DNA of 63,758 nt, filler included, from Octopus bimaculoides (taxonomy: Eukaryota), in assembly GCF_001194135.2 (NCBI RefSeq). It is 4 parts of 4 records of this genome, joined end to end, with 100 filler letters (N's around TTAATTAATTAA, not from the genome) between each part and the next. Parts side by side here need not be neighbours in the genome. Positions count along the whole stretch, not along the records: positions 1 to 24,409 come from NC_068981.1; 3 more parts are not named here. The stretch is one strand, 5' to 3'. Of the stretch, positions 11,255 through 23,075 are shown piece by piece (position 1 is the stretch's first letter; each line of letters opens with the position of its first letter). A program made the translations under genes and the position numbers. The notes under the pieces are model-generated. The model worked only from the letters and a program-made list of their open reading frames with translations. It was not told where the DNA came from and did no database searches.

Positions 11255-12530
11255 GCTGAAAGACACAGTAGTAATGTCTATATGCAAAGGAGGAAGCAGG
11301 GCTGAAGCTAGAAACTACAGACCTGTTTCTATCACATCTCACACATCTAAAATTGTTGAACGCAACGTTTGAAAAAAATAATAAAATAATTGCGTACCTT
11401 GAAGAAAACCTCTTAGATAGCCCACAACATGGTTTTTGAACTGGATGAAATTGTTTGACAAGATTTATCATGGAATCATCTGTCATAGGCTAAGGGATTT
11501 TGCTTTTACAAGAAAACTCGACAAGTGGCTCTTTGACTTCTTACGGGGATGGAATCAATATGTTGCTACAGTATGCTCTCTGCAAAATCTCTTGTAATAA
11601 GTCGTATACCTCAGGGTAGGATTCTAGGGCCTAACGCTCACAAGGGCATTCGGCCAACGTGATGAGCTACGTTGATGACACAAAAATATCGATATCTATC
11701 CAGTCTCCAGAAGGTGCCGTCACACTCCAAAATGAGCAAAACCTCATCAATGGGCAGATGAAAAAATATGAAATTTAATGCATCAAAATTTTAGGTTCAT
11801 TTCGGAGAGAATATACATAAATCACATTATTTAACACCAGATAACACCATGATTCAGATTGATAAGGACACACGAGACTTAGGAGTAGTTATGTCAAATG
11901 ATGTATCTTTCATCAACCACATCGCCAAACTGGCCCCTAAAGGCAGACTTCTCATATGTTGCATCCTATGAACTTTCGTGACAAGAGAACCAGTAATTAT
12001 AATGATTCTATGGAAAAACTTAGTTCTGAGCAGATTAGATTACTGCTCACAGCTTTGGTCTCCAATCTCACCCGGTCTTATAGAAGAAACTAAAGGGTTA
12101 CAAAGGACGTTCAACAACACAATAACTTCGGTTAAACGCCTTAATTACTGGGAACATCTGAAGGCTCTGCGTTTCATCTCTCTTGAATGCCGAAGAATGT
12201 TATTTTATACATAAGGGAAATCATGGAGGGGCATGTTCCAAACTTCAGCATTAAATAGAATTTTAATGCACGAATTGATAGAGACAGTCAGCTTCTTACT
12301 GTACCATCTTAAAAATCTTGAGCAAAACGATTTTATTATACCTGTCTGATACATAGAGGTCCTCAATTGTTCGACTGCCCACCTAAAAAGAAATATAAAA
12401 AGAAACGTTACTGAAGCATTAATAAAAACATTGGATAAAATCCTAACGACTATACCGGACCAGTCAACCATTCAAGGATACATTCAGGGAAGATCAGGTG
12501 CTACATCAGAGACCAAATTCCAACCATAAA
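11255..12530 (+). mobile_element. CR1/L2-like LINE, decayed RT and C-terminus
   Basis: NYRPVSITSHTSKIVER, PQHGF, PQGRILGP, SYVDDTKI, RDLGVVMS, KNLVLSRLDYCSQLWSP, LDKILTTIPDQ; frameshifts and stops. Confidence 0.88.
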
Positions 12531-12559
12531 GTGACAAAAAAACTGAAACCATTAAAAGA

Positions 12560-12641
<82 letters not shown>

Positions 12642-12721
12642 TACTTTGATACTTTAATAGGTTTCGGCCAGTATTGACCCAGGCTATATCTAACTTAATA
12701 GCACCACCTGGTGAAGTCATT

Positions 12722-13040
12722 CAGATCAGGAATCAGACAACATGGTCCACTCGAGGAGAGAGTTATTGTTTGCGGAGACATATCCGGGTGTAGGAGGTTT
12801 ATTCGGGATTTTTTGAAGGAATTTCTCCAAACACTTCTTGAAATTTATGGGGTCTGTTTCTACTTTAATGTGTTTTGGTGTAATGTTAAAGAGAGGTGAA
12901 ATAATTGTGCCGTATTGTTGTTATGTGATTCAAGTGTGATTTATGTTGTGGGCGGTAGCACGGGGTCCAAGTGTTGGGTGTATCTTAAAGACGATAATAT
13001 CATTTGATAAATGCTGATGGAATAGTTTCCACATCATGCA
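12722..13040 (-). mobile_element. 3' end of a second CR1-like LINE
   Basis: Minus translation LFNITPKHIKVETDPINFKKCLEKFLQKIPNKPPTPGYVSANNNSLLEW. Confidence 0.75.
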
Positions 13041-13147
13041 AATGATGTAGCGCTCACGGCGGTGTTAGAAATATGTATGTATATGTATGTGTGTATATAT
13101 ATGTATGTATGTGTATGTGTGTATATATATGTATGCACATGTAAGTG

Positions 13148-13179
<32 letters not shown>

Positions 13180-13442
13180 CACATGTATGTGTGTGTATAT
13201 ATATATATATGTATATGTACGTGTATATATATATATATATATAATATGTGTATTTTTGTATATATAGATATGTTTATGAATCTGTGTTGCAAGATTCCTG
13301 ACATGAAGTTGTGTGTTGAAACAGATATTGTTGTATTTCGGATGGTCCTTATTTTTCGTCAAATAAACACACACACACACTATATATTCGTTCTTCACTC
13401 TTTTATTACTATTCTTATACGAGTGAAGAATGAATATATAGA

Positions 13443-13492
<50 letters not shown>

Positions 13493-13734
13493 CAAACTAG
13501 CGCTTTAAGAAAATTTTATCAGAGACAAAAGCAGTCTGAGAAATAATGTTTATCACCACCTAAACGTGGGTGTTCAATAAGAACAGACGATACTGCTATT
13601 GTAACCCCAAGAGGATGCCTCCTCCAGCTGGTTATCCAGTGCACTTCTCAATCAATATATATTGCATATATTCATACATTCATACATATATACATACATA
13701 CATACATACATGCATACATACCAGCATACACATA

Positions 13735-15045
13735 ATGCACAAAATTCTAGCAAGTACACTTAATTTCCACATCAACTATGATGTAGACCGCCTCCACCTA
13801 AAACGAAAACAAGGCGGCAGAGGCTTAGCATTGATCCAGACTGCCTTTGAATGTCGTATCATATCCGTTCGGCAACATCTTTTAACCATCAAGTGTCGAA
13901 GAGCATTCCTTAACCAAGTTAGCGTACATAAGATTTGGAAAGCAGCACTTTGTCTGATAACTCTACATACATGCCCAAAGAAGTCACACGATTCTACCGC
14001 AATGTATCATCAGATGCAAAGATGAGACTATAACAGTAGAAGACCATGCATGGATATATTAGCAGAAGTTTCCGGGATGATAGTAACAATGATCATCAAA
14101 GCAGTCTATCATGGATCAACAGCCGGGTTACTACCTCCCACTTTGAATGGCATGAAGTTTGCAATCCAGGAATAGGAAATATCAATCAAACACCTGATGC
14201 ACCAAAGAGACTGCGATGCAGGAAAAGCAGCAAAATGTGACAACCAATGTAGACTTTGTGGAGTTTACATTGAAGATATCACTCACATTATAAGCAGTTG
14301 TCCAAAAATGTCATCAGGGTATTATCTATCGATGAGACCTGATGTAGCTAGAACACTGTATAACGAGATCCGTCGGAAAGATAACCTTGAGGACAAAGAA
14401 ATAAGAACCCACAGTATGGTGGAAACCATAGCAACACATAATAAAAAGGAGAACCGGTGGAATGCCCTAGTGGAAACCTCAATGAAGTGAAAACACAGTA
14501 GACGTGACATAATAATTTGGGATAGAAAAGAGAAACTGTGAACAGTTGTGGAAATCAGCTGCCCAGCGGATGTTAACATAAAGCTAAAGATCAGCGAAAA
14601 AGAAAATACGCTGAACTATTGATAAATTTGCAGTTACTATATGCAGATAACAAGTTCAGGTTTATACCTGTAATTATTGGGGCACTGAGATATGTAACAC
14701 ACTGCATAGATACCAATCTTGAGAAATGAGGCTTCTCAAAATCAGAAGGAAGAAAGCTGATTCGAAGACTACAGATCCAAGCCATCACTAGAACTATGAA
14801 AATTTGTAAAACTTTCCAGAAGTTTATCATTTAAGTATATATGAGCATGTCTAGACATTCAACTATATGCATGAGAATACACATATAAAAAACAAAACAA
14901 AAATTTGCACATATAGATAGATACATTCATGCAAAAATACCCTGATGATGATGTTGGAATTTCAATGAAGAAGCCTTGGATCTAGGTTAGAAACCTGCTC
15001 TTTCTCTATTGGCAAGAAATCTTGAAATAAAACTGAATAATGATA
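13735..15045 (+). mobile_element. R4/Dong-like RLE non-LTR retrotransposon, 5'-truncated and decayed, with 3' UTR
   Basis: DVDRLHLKRKQGGRGL, CCHC knuckle CRLCGVYIEDITHIISSC, RLE-like RRDIIIWDRKEKL*TVVEISCP, FIPVIIGAL. Confidence 0.88.
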
Positions 15046-15110
15046 TACATACATATTCAACTTACGATGAAAGTAAACAAACAAAGTTTGCTTTAGAAGC
15101 GTTGAGTTGT

Positions 15111-15268
15111 ATTGAAAAATACAGAAATAATTTATTCTCAAACGCATGATAATGCTAATACTGGCCGGTAGCGATTTTTTCTGCAATATATGGATAGTTT
15201 ATCCAGTTCATGCTATTGTATTTGCGTTATCATGCGTTTGAGAATAAATTATTTCTATATCTTTCAAT
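15111..15268. repeat. Inverted repeat with 51-bp arms (47/51 identical, 30-bp perfect core) and a 56-nt spacer
   Basis: AGAAATAATTTATTCTCAAACGCATGATAA (15123-15152) is the exact reverse complement of 15227-15256. Confidence 0.95.
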
Positions 15269-15279
15269 GCATACGTATA

Positions 15280-16526
15280 AAGGGGTTGGACAAAATAAAG
15301 GAAACACCTAGCTTCATAGCATCATAATTTTGGAATATCTATAAAACGGTCAAAAGCTTGTTTATTTTTGTTTTTGATTTATTATTAGTGTTGCTTAATA
15401 TATTTTACTAAAATTACAGTTTCTTTTCAGATATCATCAGAAAAAGGTAATTAAAATTCATTAAAATGACAGATCTATCAGACTTTCAAAGAGGTCAAAT
15501 TGTTGGTGTTCGTATGGTAGGTGCTAGCGTAACCAAAACAGCCGAAATGTTTTGTCCTTCAAGAACTGTCTCGAAAGTAATGACAGCCTTTGAAAAAGAG
15601 GGAAAAAAACCTCTTCGTCGAATCAAAACTCCGGAAGAAAACCAAAACATTCAGATAATGACCGTCGAACTCTTACGCGAATTGTTACAAAGGATCACAG
15701 AAGTACCGCTCCCAAAATTGCTGCAGAGTTTAATGACCACCTTGAGAACCCAGTTTCCACAAAAGCTGTTCGCCCGGATCTGCACATAGCCGGATTTCAC
15801 GGGAGGGCTGCAATCTGAAAACCACTACTTTCAAAAACAAACGTTGCAAAGCATTTAGGGTGGAGTAAAAACCACCAGAATTGGTCCTTAGAGCAGTGGA
15901 AGAATGTTATTTTCTCGGATAGGTCATACTTTACGTTATTTCCGACCACCAGCCAAGTATACGTGTGGAGGCAGCCAAAAGAAGCATTTGACCCAGACTG
16001 CCTTCTTCCAACTGATGATCTGGGGGGGGGGGCTATATCTTTGAAATACACCAGCCCAATGGTTTCCCTTCATGGCAGAATTAATAGTCAAGATTAAGCA
16101 TTTTATCTGATCAAATTCATCCTATGGTTGCGGAACTGTTCCCGAAGGGAAGCGTAATCTTTCAGGGTGATAATGCACCAATTCACACAGCTAAAGGTGT
16201 TGCTGAATGGCACGAAGAAGATTCTAGCGAAGTTGAAGATCTAATCTGGCCACCGCAGTTCCCAGATCTCAATATTATTGAACATTTACGATGCATTTTA
16301 GAAAAACAAGTAAAGAGTCGATATCCTCCACCATCATCACTACAAGAACTGGAGACGGTTTTAGCTGAAGAATAGACAAAAATTTCTTTGGAAACAATTC
16401 AAACTTTGTACGAGTCCATAGCTCGTAGAATTCAAGCTGTAATTACTGCCAAAGGCGGTTCCACCTCATATTAAAATAAATTTGTTTGAAATTTTAAGGT
16501 GTTTCCTTTATTTTGTTCAACCCCTG
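15280..16526 (+). mobile_element. Full-length but inactivated Tc1-family DNA transposon (transposase remnant about 15466-16474)
   Basis: TIRs (A/C)AGGGGTTG.ACAAAATAAAGGAAACACCT at both ends, TA flanks; MTDLSDFQRGQIVG, VIFSD, IFQGDNAPIH, WPPQFPDLNIIEHL, RIQAVITAKGG; frameshifts. Confidence 0.95.
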
Positions 16527-16709
16527 TATATGTATGCATGTATGTATGTATGTATGTATGAATGGATGGATACATACATGCATGCATGCATGCATGCATG
16601 TATGTATATGTATACATACATATATCTATATTAATAGAAAGATATGTACATATATGTGTATGTATGTAATGTATACATATATCTATCGATCTGTCTGTTT
16701 GTCTGTCTG

Positions 16710-16791
<82 letters not shown>

Positions 16792-16892
16792 AATCTGTCT
16801 GTGTGTCTGTGTGTCTGTGTGTCTGTCTATCTATCTATCTGTCTGTGTGTCTGTCTGTCTGTCTATCCATCCATCAATCTATATGTATGTAC

Positions 16893-16964
<72 letters not shown>

Positions 16965-18018
16965 ATATATATATATATGTTTACACGTATATACATATAT
17001 CACCAAAATTTCTCTCTATTTTTTTTTTTAGTTACTCTTTTTGCCCAAATTTCCTTGCAGTGTCGTTCTGTTTCTATACACGATAATTGTCCTAGTTACA
17101 TTTGAGATTGAACTGAATCTATTAGACTTTTTATGCACATATATCCAAGTATATGTTTATCGAAAAAAATTTCTGTATGTAACTTATATTGCATACGTTG
17201 GCAACGGATATATAAAGCAATCTACACGGTGTTCTCATTAACCTTGAAAACCTGCTCCCCTCATCACCAGCACTACACAAAAAAAAAAAAACTGTTTCCT
17301 TGTATAAGAAAAAGAAACGTTTGTTTAATATTATGTGCTCTCTTATAATGAGATAAATCTACCTGGGGACGTGCATATTGCAATATATAAGAAAAAGAAA
17401 ACCTGTTAACTTGTTACCCCAAGAATATATTAGTCAAGTCTATCTAGGGATGTACTAATAAGAGAGCTTGTCGCATCGATGTAGCGGTACTAATGAGGCT
17501 GAAATATGAGCCCAAAGCAGTGCAGGGTTAAGAATATCTTCTGATTAACACTAAGAAGTTTCTAGAGATTTTGGTTTCCATGTCGTTACAGAATGGTGGA
17601 TTGAAATACAGAAGTGTTCCTTTCCAGGTTGTAATCAGTAGATTTAATATGCGGTCTCTGTAAGTAGTCTTTCTGCATAATGTTTGAGACTGATATCGGG
17701 GATGGGAGAGAATATTTCTCGCGATAATTAGCTAGTTCCAGAAAATTTTAGGCTGAAAGGAAAGAAACTGAAGTGAAATGAATCAACAGAAAATCGAACT
17801 TGTATTCCTAACTCAACTCGTTAAGAGCTAACTAAACACACCTTCACAGCTCTGGTACATGTGTCCGCTCACTCACACTTTTATGTAAATAAAACTATAT
17901 ATACGTATGTGTGTGTGTATATCTTTATATGTATGTATTACGTATGTATGTATGTATGTATGTATGTATATATGTATGTATGTATGCATGTATGTAAATA
18001 CTTATATATAAATGTATG

Positions 18019-18050
<32 letters not shown>

Positions 18051-18052
18051 CA

Positions 18053-18098
<46 letters not shown>

Positions 18099-18236
18099 CA
18101 TACAAACGCATATCTTTCTTTTATTAGCCACACAGGGCTAACTCATATATAAATATATAAATACATATACATATATATAGATATATAGATTTCACAGACA
18201 CACAGACACACGCATACATGTATATCTATCTGTCTA

Positions 18237-18327
<91 letters not shown>

Positions 18328-18627
18328 ATATATATGTATATGTGTGTGTGTATATATATATATATATGAGAGAGAAAGAGAGAGAGAGTGAGGTGCCTGT
18401 GTGTGAGGATGAGAGCGTGGACATGCATATATGCGTCAGTGTTGAAATGTATGAACATGTTAGAGAAGTGCAATGGCTGAATGACTGTTGATTTCGTACT
18501 AGTATCACGTTGCACATCTTGCGTCGTTTCCGTGGGCATAAAAAGCAGCTCCTGTTACTCGTCGAAAGTAATGAATGCCAAATACATGAAATAATTATGA
18601 TGAGCTGATGGTGAAGATGTAAATTAT

Positions 18628-18695
18628 CTGAAAAAAAAAGAAAAAGGGGTTTGTAGTCGCCTTTTTGATACCCCGAGTGAAACGTAAACACTTAC
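18628..18695 (-). other. Candidate 68-nt spliceosomal intron
   Basis: Minus strand begins GTAAGT and ends CCCCTTTTTCTTTTTTTTTCAG. Confidence 0.5.
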
Positions 18696-18812
18696 TTTGC
18701 TCTCGTCTCCTCTCCCTTTCTCTCCCCACTTCTCTCCCCGCTTCATTCCTCCCCCCTCCACACTTCCTCCACACATTTTCAAGCCCATATCTAATCAAGA
18801 AGCACTATCAAC

Positions 18813-18947
18813 ATGATCGTCATCATCATCATCATCACAACCAGCAGCAGCAGCAACAGCAGCAGCAGCAACAGCAGCATCACAGTCATTGTTGTGGTCG
18901 TGGTCGTGGTTCTCGCCGTCGTCATCGTCATCGTCATCCTCATCATT

Positions 18948-18985
<38 letters not shown>

Positions 18986-18990
18986 TACCA
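18813..18990. repeat. Compound trinucleotide array (CAT)n/(CAG,CAA)n/(CGT,GTC)n/(CAT)n
   Basis: Directly visible in the sequence. Confidence 0.95.
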
Positions 18991-19289
18991 CTACTCTAAC
19001 GCCACCATTGGCGGCGGCAGCGGTGGCAGACATCATTTCCGTTCTCGATTTCCTAATGGCAGATCGTGTTGTAGTTTCGAGGGAGGGAAAACACTGGTAA
19101 CATTTCATATTCGCTTTTGATCCTTGATTATACCTCGTTATACCTAATTATTCAATTAATTCATTCTTAGTTAATCACATTTTCTAGACTCTATCCTAAT
19201 TTTTATGCTTATCTTAACTGAGAGCTTATCTAGTCTACGATAAAACATTTCGTAGACTCAATAATGTTTCTACAAAGTTACCTCCGTCT

Positions 19290-19470
19290 TCATCTGCAGT
19301 CATTCGACTGCAACCATTCTAGGGCAAACGCAATGAAGGGTTTAGTGGAACAAATCGACACCAGTACTAAATTTTGAGGCTGGTACTTATGCTATTGCTC
19401 ACTTTTTTTTGCCGAACCGCTAAGTTACAGAAACGTAAATAAACTAACACCGGTGGTGAGGAAGTCGTGG
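19290..19470 (-). mobile_element. 3' half of composite SINE
   Basis: CAGTCATTCGACTGC...GGCTGGTACTTAT...TTTTGCCGAACCGCTAAGTTAC. Confidence 0.8.
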
Positions 19471-19554
19471 CGGACAGAGTGTCTCACACGTACACAACTC
19501 ACACATACGCATAAAGCCCCCCATATATGCATACATACATACATACATACATAC

Positions 19555-19800
19555 ATGATGGCCGTCCACTCGTGACCGAGGAAGACCATTGCCGACCTTC
19601 AGGAACATTGTGCGCTCTAGGACTAACTTATATTTTGCATTTGCGGTTCCGTTTGTGGCTAATGAGCCCTGCTCTTGACAAGCATACACGACTGCAAACA
19701 TTGCAGACCAAGCTTTCCCTATTCACTATACGATCCGTGCGCTTTCGCACAGTTCTTCATGCTGGATACGTGCTCTCTCAAAAGTGTCGATCCCCTCCTT
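19555..19800 (-). mobile_element. 3' end of RTE-clade LINE
   Basis: Minus translation LVCNVCSRVCLSRAGLISHKRNRK (C2H2-like RTE terminus), then GTCTTCCTCGGTCACGAGTGGACGGCCATCAT. Confidence 0.75.
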
Positions 19801-19991
19801 AACCTGCTTCCTCCATACATACATACATACATACATACATACATGCATACATAGAATATGAGGGTTTTAGTTCAATGATGACCTAAACTAATAGATGCGA
19901 TGCGATTGGTTATCTGTTAGGTTCCAAGTTCACAGCTGAGGCTGGAGCTAGGGATCCGTCGTAGGCTTCCGAGACAGTAGGTATATATTAA

Positions 19992-20165
19992 AGGAAAGTG
20001 GACAAAGAAACTAAGACAGGACGAGTATCTCAGGTCATTTACAATGTTTAATTAGATTAAGGTGAATTAAAAATGGAGTTTCGAATTTAATTCACCTTAC
20101 GCTAATTAAATATACTAAATGACCTGAGATACTTGCCCTGTCTTGGTTTTGCTGTCCATTTTCCT
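19992..20165. mobile_element. Fold-back MITE with TTAA|AGG...CCT|TTAA ends (Kolobok/T2-MITE type)
   Basis: 86-bp arms 19986-20071 and 20086-20171 are 74/86 identical as reverse complements, with a 14-nt loop; TTAA at 19988-19991 and 20166-20169. Confidence 0.8.
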
Positions 20166-20193
20166 TTAATACATCATACATACATACGTACGT

Positions 20194-20232
<39 letters not shown>

Positions 20233-20236
<4 letters not shown>

Positions 20237-20375
20237 CGCATGGTGGGTTTCCTTAAGTTTTCGTCTACCAAATCTACTGAGAAGGCTTTCATCGGCTTGA
20301 GATTATGGAAAATACTTACCCAAGTGGTCGTGAAGTGGCACGTTGGGAAGCAAACTACATAGCCACACAATCACG
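20233..20375 (-). mobile_element. 5' half (tRNA head + CORE-like) of composite SINE
   Basis: TTTTCGTCTACCAAATCTACT...ATACTTACCCAAGTGG...GGGAAGCAAACTACATAGCCACAC. Confidence 0.75.
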
Positions 20376-21072
20376 TCTGCACCCATGGCTTGTGAATAAT
20401 TAACAGCAACGCTCATACGAATGTAATGGAAATAAATTATGCTATTTCCAGTTAGATTCAGATGCTTCTCAAGTTTTTCGAAGTGTTTATTTATGCTTAT
20501 GGATCTCAATTTCAGTAAAGCCAATTATTGCGTATTGATTTGTTATTCAAAAATATTGATTTCATGTCCAGGTACTGCAACATCGATACTTTTACAAATC
20601 CCTTTTCAAAGTACAATTTAAATAACTGTCTAGTTGATTATGATCTATCACCGTGTCACATTGGGTGGTGAGACCACAAACAACTCTGCTAACATATTTC
20701 TTAATTATACTCAGGAGATGAAATTTATACCATTTCTCCCGTCTTTTCTAATTCATGCATTCTAAATAATATCGAATGTACAAGCCGTAGAGAATTATCT
20801 TCCATCTTTTCCATTCCATTAGAGCTGGTTTTCGTTATTCACTAATTAAATGAACAACAGTTCTCTCTAGACACACACACACACACTTTCTTTCTCTCCA
20901 TATTCTACAAAATGGTGATTCTCTATTCTTATCTTTATGGAACATGATTTAGTTTGTGCTCACGGTCTTTTTGTTTCACCAGAGACCAGTCATTTGCAGT
21001 CGGTCTGTGTCTCTGATCATCTTACACGTGACATTGATCTAAACAGTAAAGCATTTCTGGTATTCTTTTCTA

Positions 21073-21360
21073 TCAGGGCATCCCATAAGTTCTGTCCGAT
21101 TTTACCTTTTTTTCTTAAATTGAATGAAATTTAATAGTATTTTAGAATGTCTAATGGAATTTTAAAAACTTTTATGCATTTGTGTACATTTAAACTAATT
21201 AAATATTATTCTGTAGAATAATAGAATTAAAATTTCTTTACCCTTTCTAACATGGAAGTATCCAAAGAGCATTTGAGGCTCATAATGCTTTATGAGTACA
21301 AAAATGGAAACTCTGCAGCCGAGGCGACTCGAAACATACACTCAGTTTATGGGAAAGAAT
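21073..21360 (+). mobile_element. Mariner 5' fragment: left TIR, 5' UTR and transposase start
   Basis: TA|TCAGGGCATCCCATAAGTTCTGTCCG; ATG at 21252 gives MEVSKEHLRLIMLYEYKNGNSAAEATRNIHSVYGKE. Confidence 0.85.
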
Positions 21361-21811
21361 TTCACTCCATATTGAGACAACAGTCATGATTTTGTGAAAG
21401 GAGACGTCTACTTTTATCCACGATGATTTTTTTTGTCTGTTTACAGTTAATTTATATTTAATTCTAATAAACGATGCTGTTCTTCAAAATTCTGACAAAT
21501 TTTTGCGACAATTGAATTTAAAGTTACAGTTTCAGTTTTCTGTTCTGTATGATTGTTTTAATTCCATAATTGTATCTAAGTAAATATATTTAGTTGTCGT
21601 GCAATACGTGGAAATAGAGTTTGAAGCGTGAGTTCGGTTTCTGATTCCAGCGGGTGCAGTACGTCGTTGGCCTCGGCGCAGGGAAAGGAATTTTATTTCG
21701 ACTTCATTTATCGATCTGTCATGTTTATCAATGGAGTGTTGGTAGAGAAAAGACGCTGATATCCCTTAATACTACTCACGCTAGTGTACGTCGATCTTTT
21801 CATCAATACTA

Positions 21812-21973
21812 TCAGGTTATCCCATAAGTTCTGTCTGATTTTATTTTTTTTTAAATTGAATGAAATTTAATAGTATTTTAGAAAGTCTAATGGAATTAAA
21901 AATCATTTTTATGCATTTGTGTACATTTAAACTAATTAAATATCGTTTTACAGAATAATACAATTAAAATTTC
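21812..21973 (+). mobile_element. Second copy of the same mariner 5' end
   Basis: TA|TCAGGTTATCCCATAAGTTCTGTCTG...; colinear with 21073-21235. Confidence 0.85.
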
Positions 21974-21974
21974 A

Positions 21975-22075
21975 ATTTTATTTCAAGTTTCTTGTCAGTA
22001 GAGAAAAAGCCGGTTTCTAACCTAGATCTAAGGTACCTTCATTGGAATTTCAACATCAACAGGGTATTTTTGCAT
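21975..22075 (-). mobile_element. 3' UTR tail of the R4/Dong-like LINE
   Basis: Reverse complement of about 14930-15035 (GCAAAAATACCCTG.TGATGTTG.AA.TTC.AATGAAG...CTAGGTTAGAAACC). Confidence 0.85.
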
Positions 22076-22711
22076 GACTGTTGTATATGTGCAGATTTGT
22101 AAGTTTTGTTTTATGCATGTATTCTCATGTATGTATACATGTATGTATGTATGTATGTATGTATCTATGTATCTATGTATTTATGTAGGCATGTATGTAT
22201 GTATTACGTTTGTGCGCGCGTGTCTGTGCGTGCGTGTGTGTGTGTGTGTATGCGCGCGTTAAATTTCTATACCTTTTATAAATGTAAATTTATCTGTCTT
22301 TGTGGTATGATATGTATAAATGCATTTATGTTTGTGTTGTACTCATAGTTTAACTAACCATAGTTCATAAATACAACAACACAATGCAGGGCAAGAGTGG
22401 AATCTACGTAGTCACTACATTCGCTAGAAATAGCAGCTAGAGCTTCTTCAAATTACATGTTATAATCTTAGAAAATTTCACAATGCATAATCTGATGAAC
22501 ATTTGATGAATTGATACACTGCATTCGGAAACAGAGATGCGACTGGAATGCCTTCTAATCATAAGTGACATGGTTTTGCGTGTTAGCGGGATCGGGTGGG
22601 GATAATTGTAAATAACAACAAAAACAACGACACAAATTTGTAAAAGGGGTTAATTAAATGATAGATCGACTATCGATTATCATGCACCCATGGCTGGCAT
22701 CGTCTTCTACT

Positions 22712-23075
22712 TGCTTCAGTCACTGTATTGCGGCCATGCTGGGACTCCGCCTTGAAGGATCTAGTCGAACAGATCGTTCCCAGTAGCTGTTTGTAAAAGC
22801 TAGTACCAACTCTAATGTTCTCATTTGCCAAACCACTGAGTTACGGTAATCGAAACAAGCCAACACCAGTTGCCAAGCGGCGGTGAGTGACTGACACCAA
22901 CACACACACACACACACACAACGGATTTCAACGTTGTCTTCCGTCAACCAAATTCGTTCACAAGCCACTGGTCGGTCTGAGTCTACAGCAGAACTCATTT
23001 GTCCAAAGTGCCACGCAGTGGAACTTAAACCACGACTATGTGCTTGTAAAGTGAGCTTTTCAACTACACCGCCAT
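22712..23075 (-). mobile_element. Composite tRNA/CORE-like SINE, diverged
   Basis: CTTGCTTCAGTCACTGTATTGCGGCCATGCTGG...; CCAAAGTGCCACGCAGTGGAAC. Confidence 0.85.
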
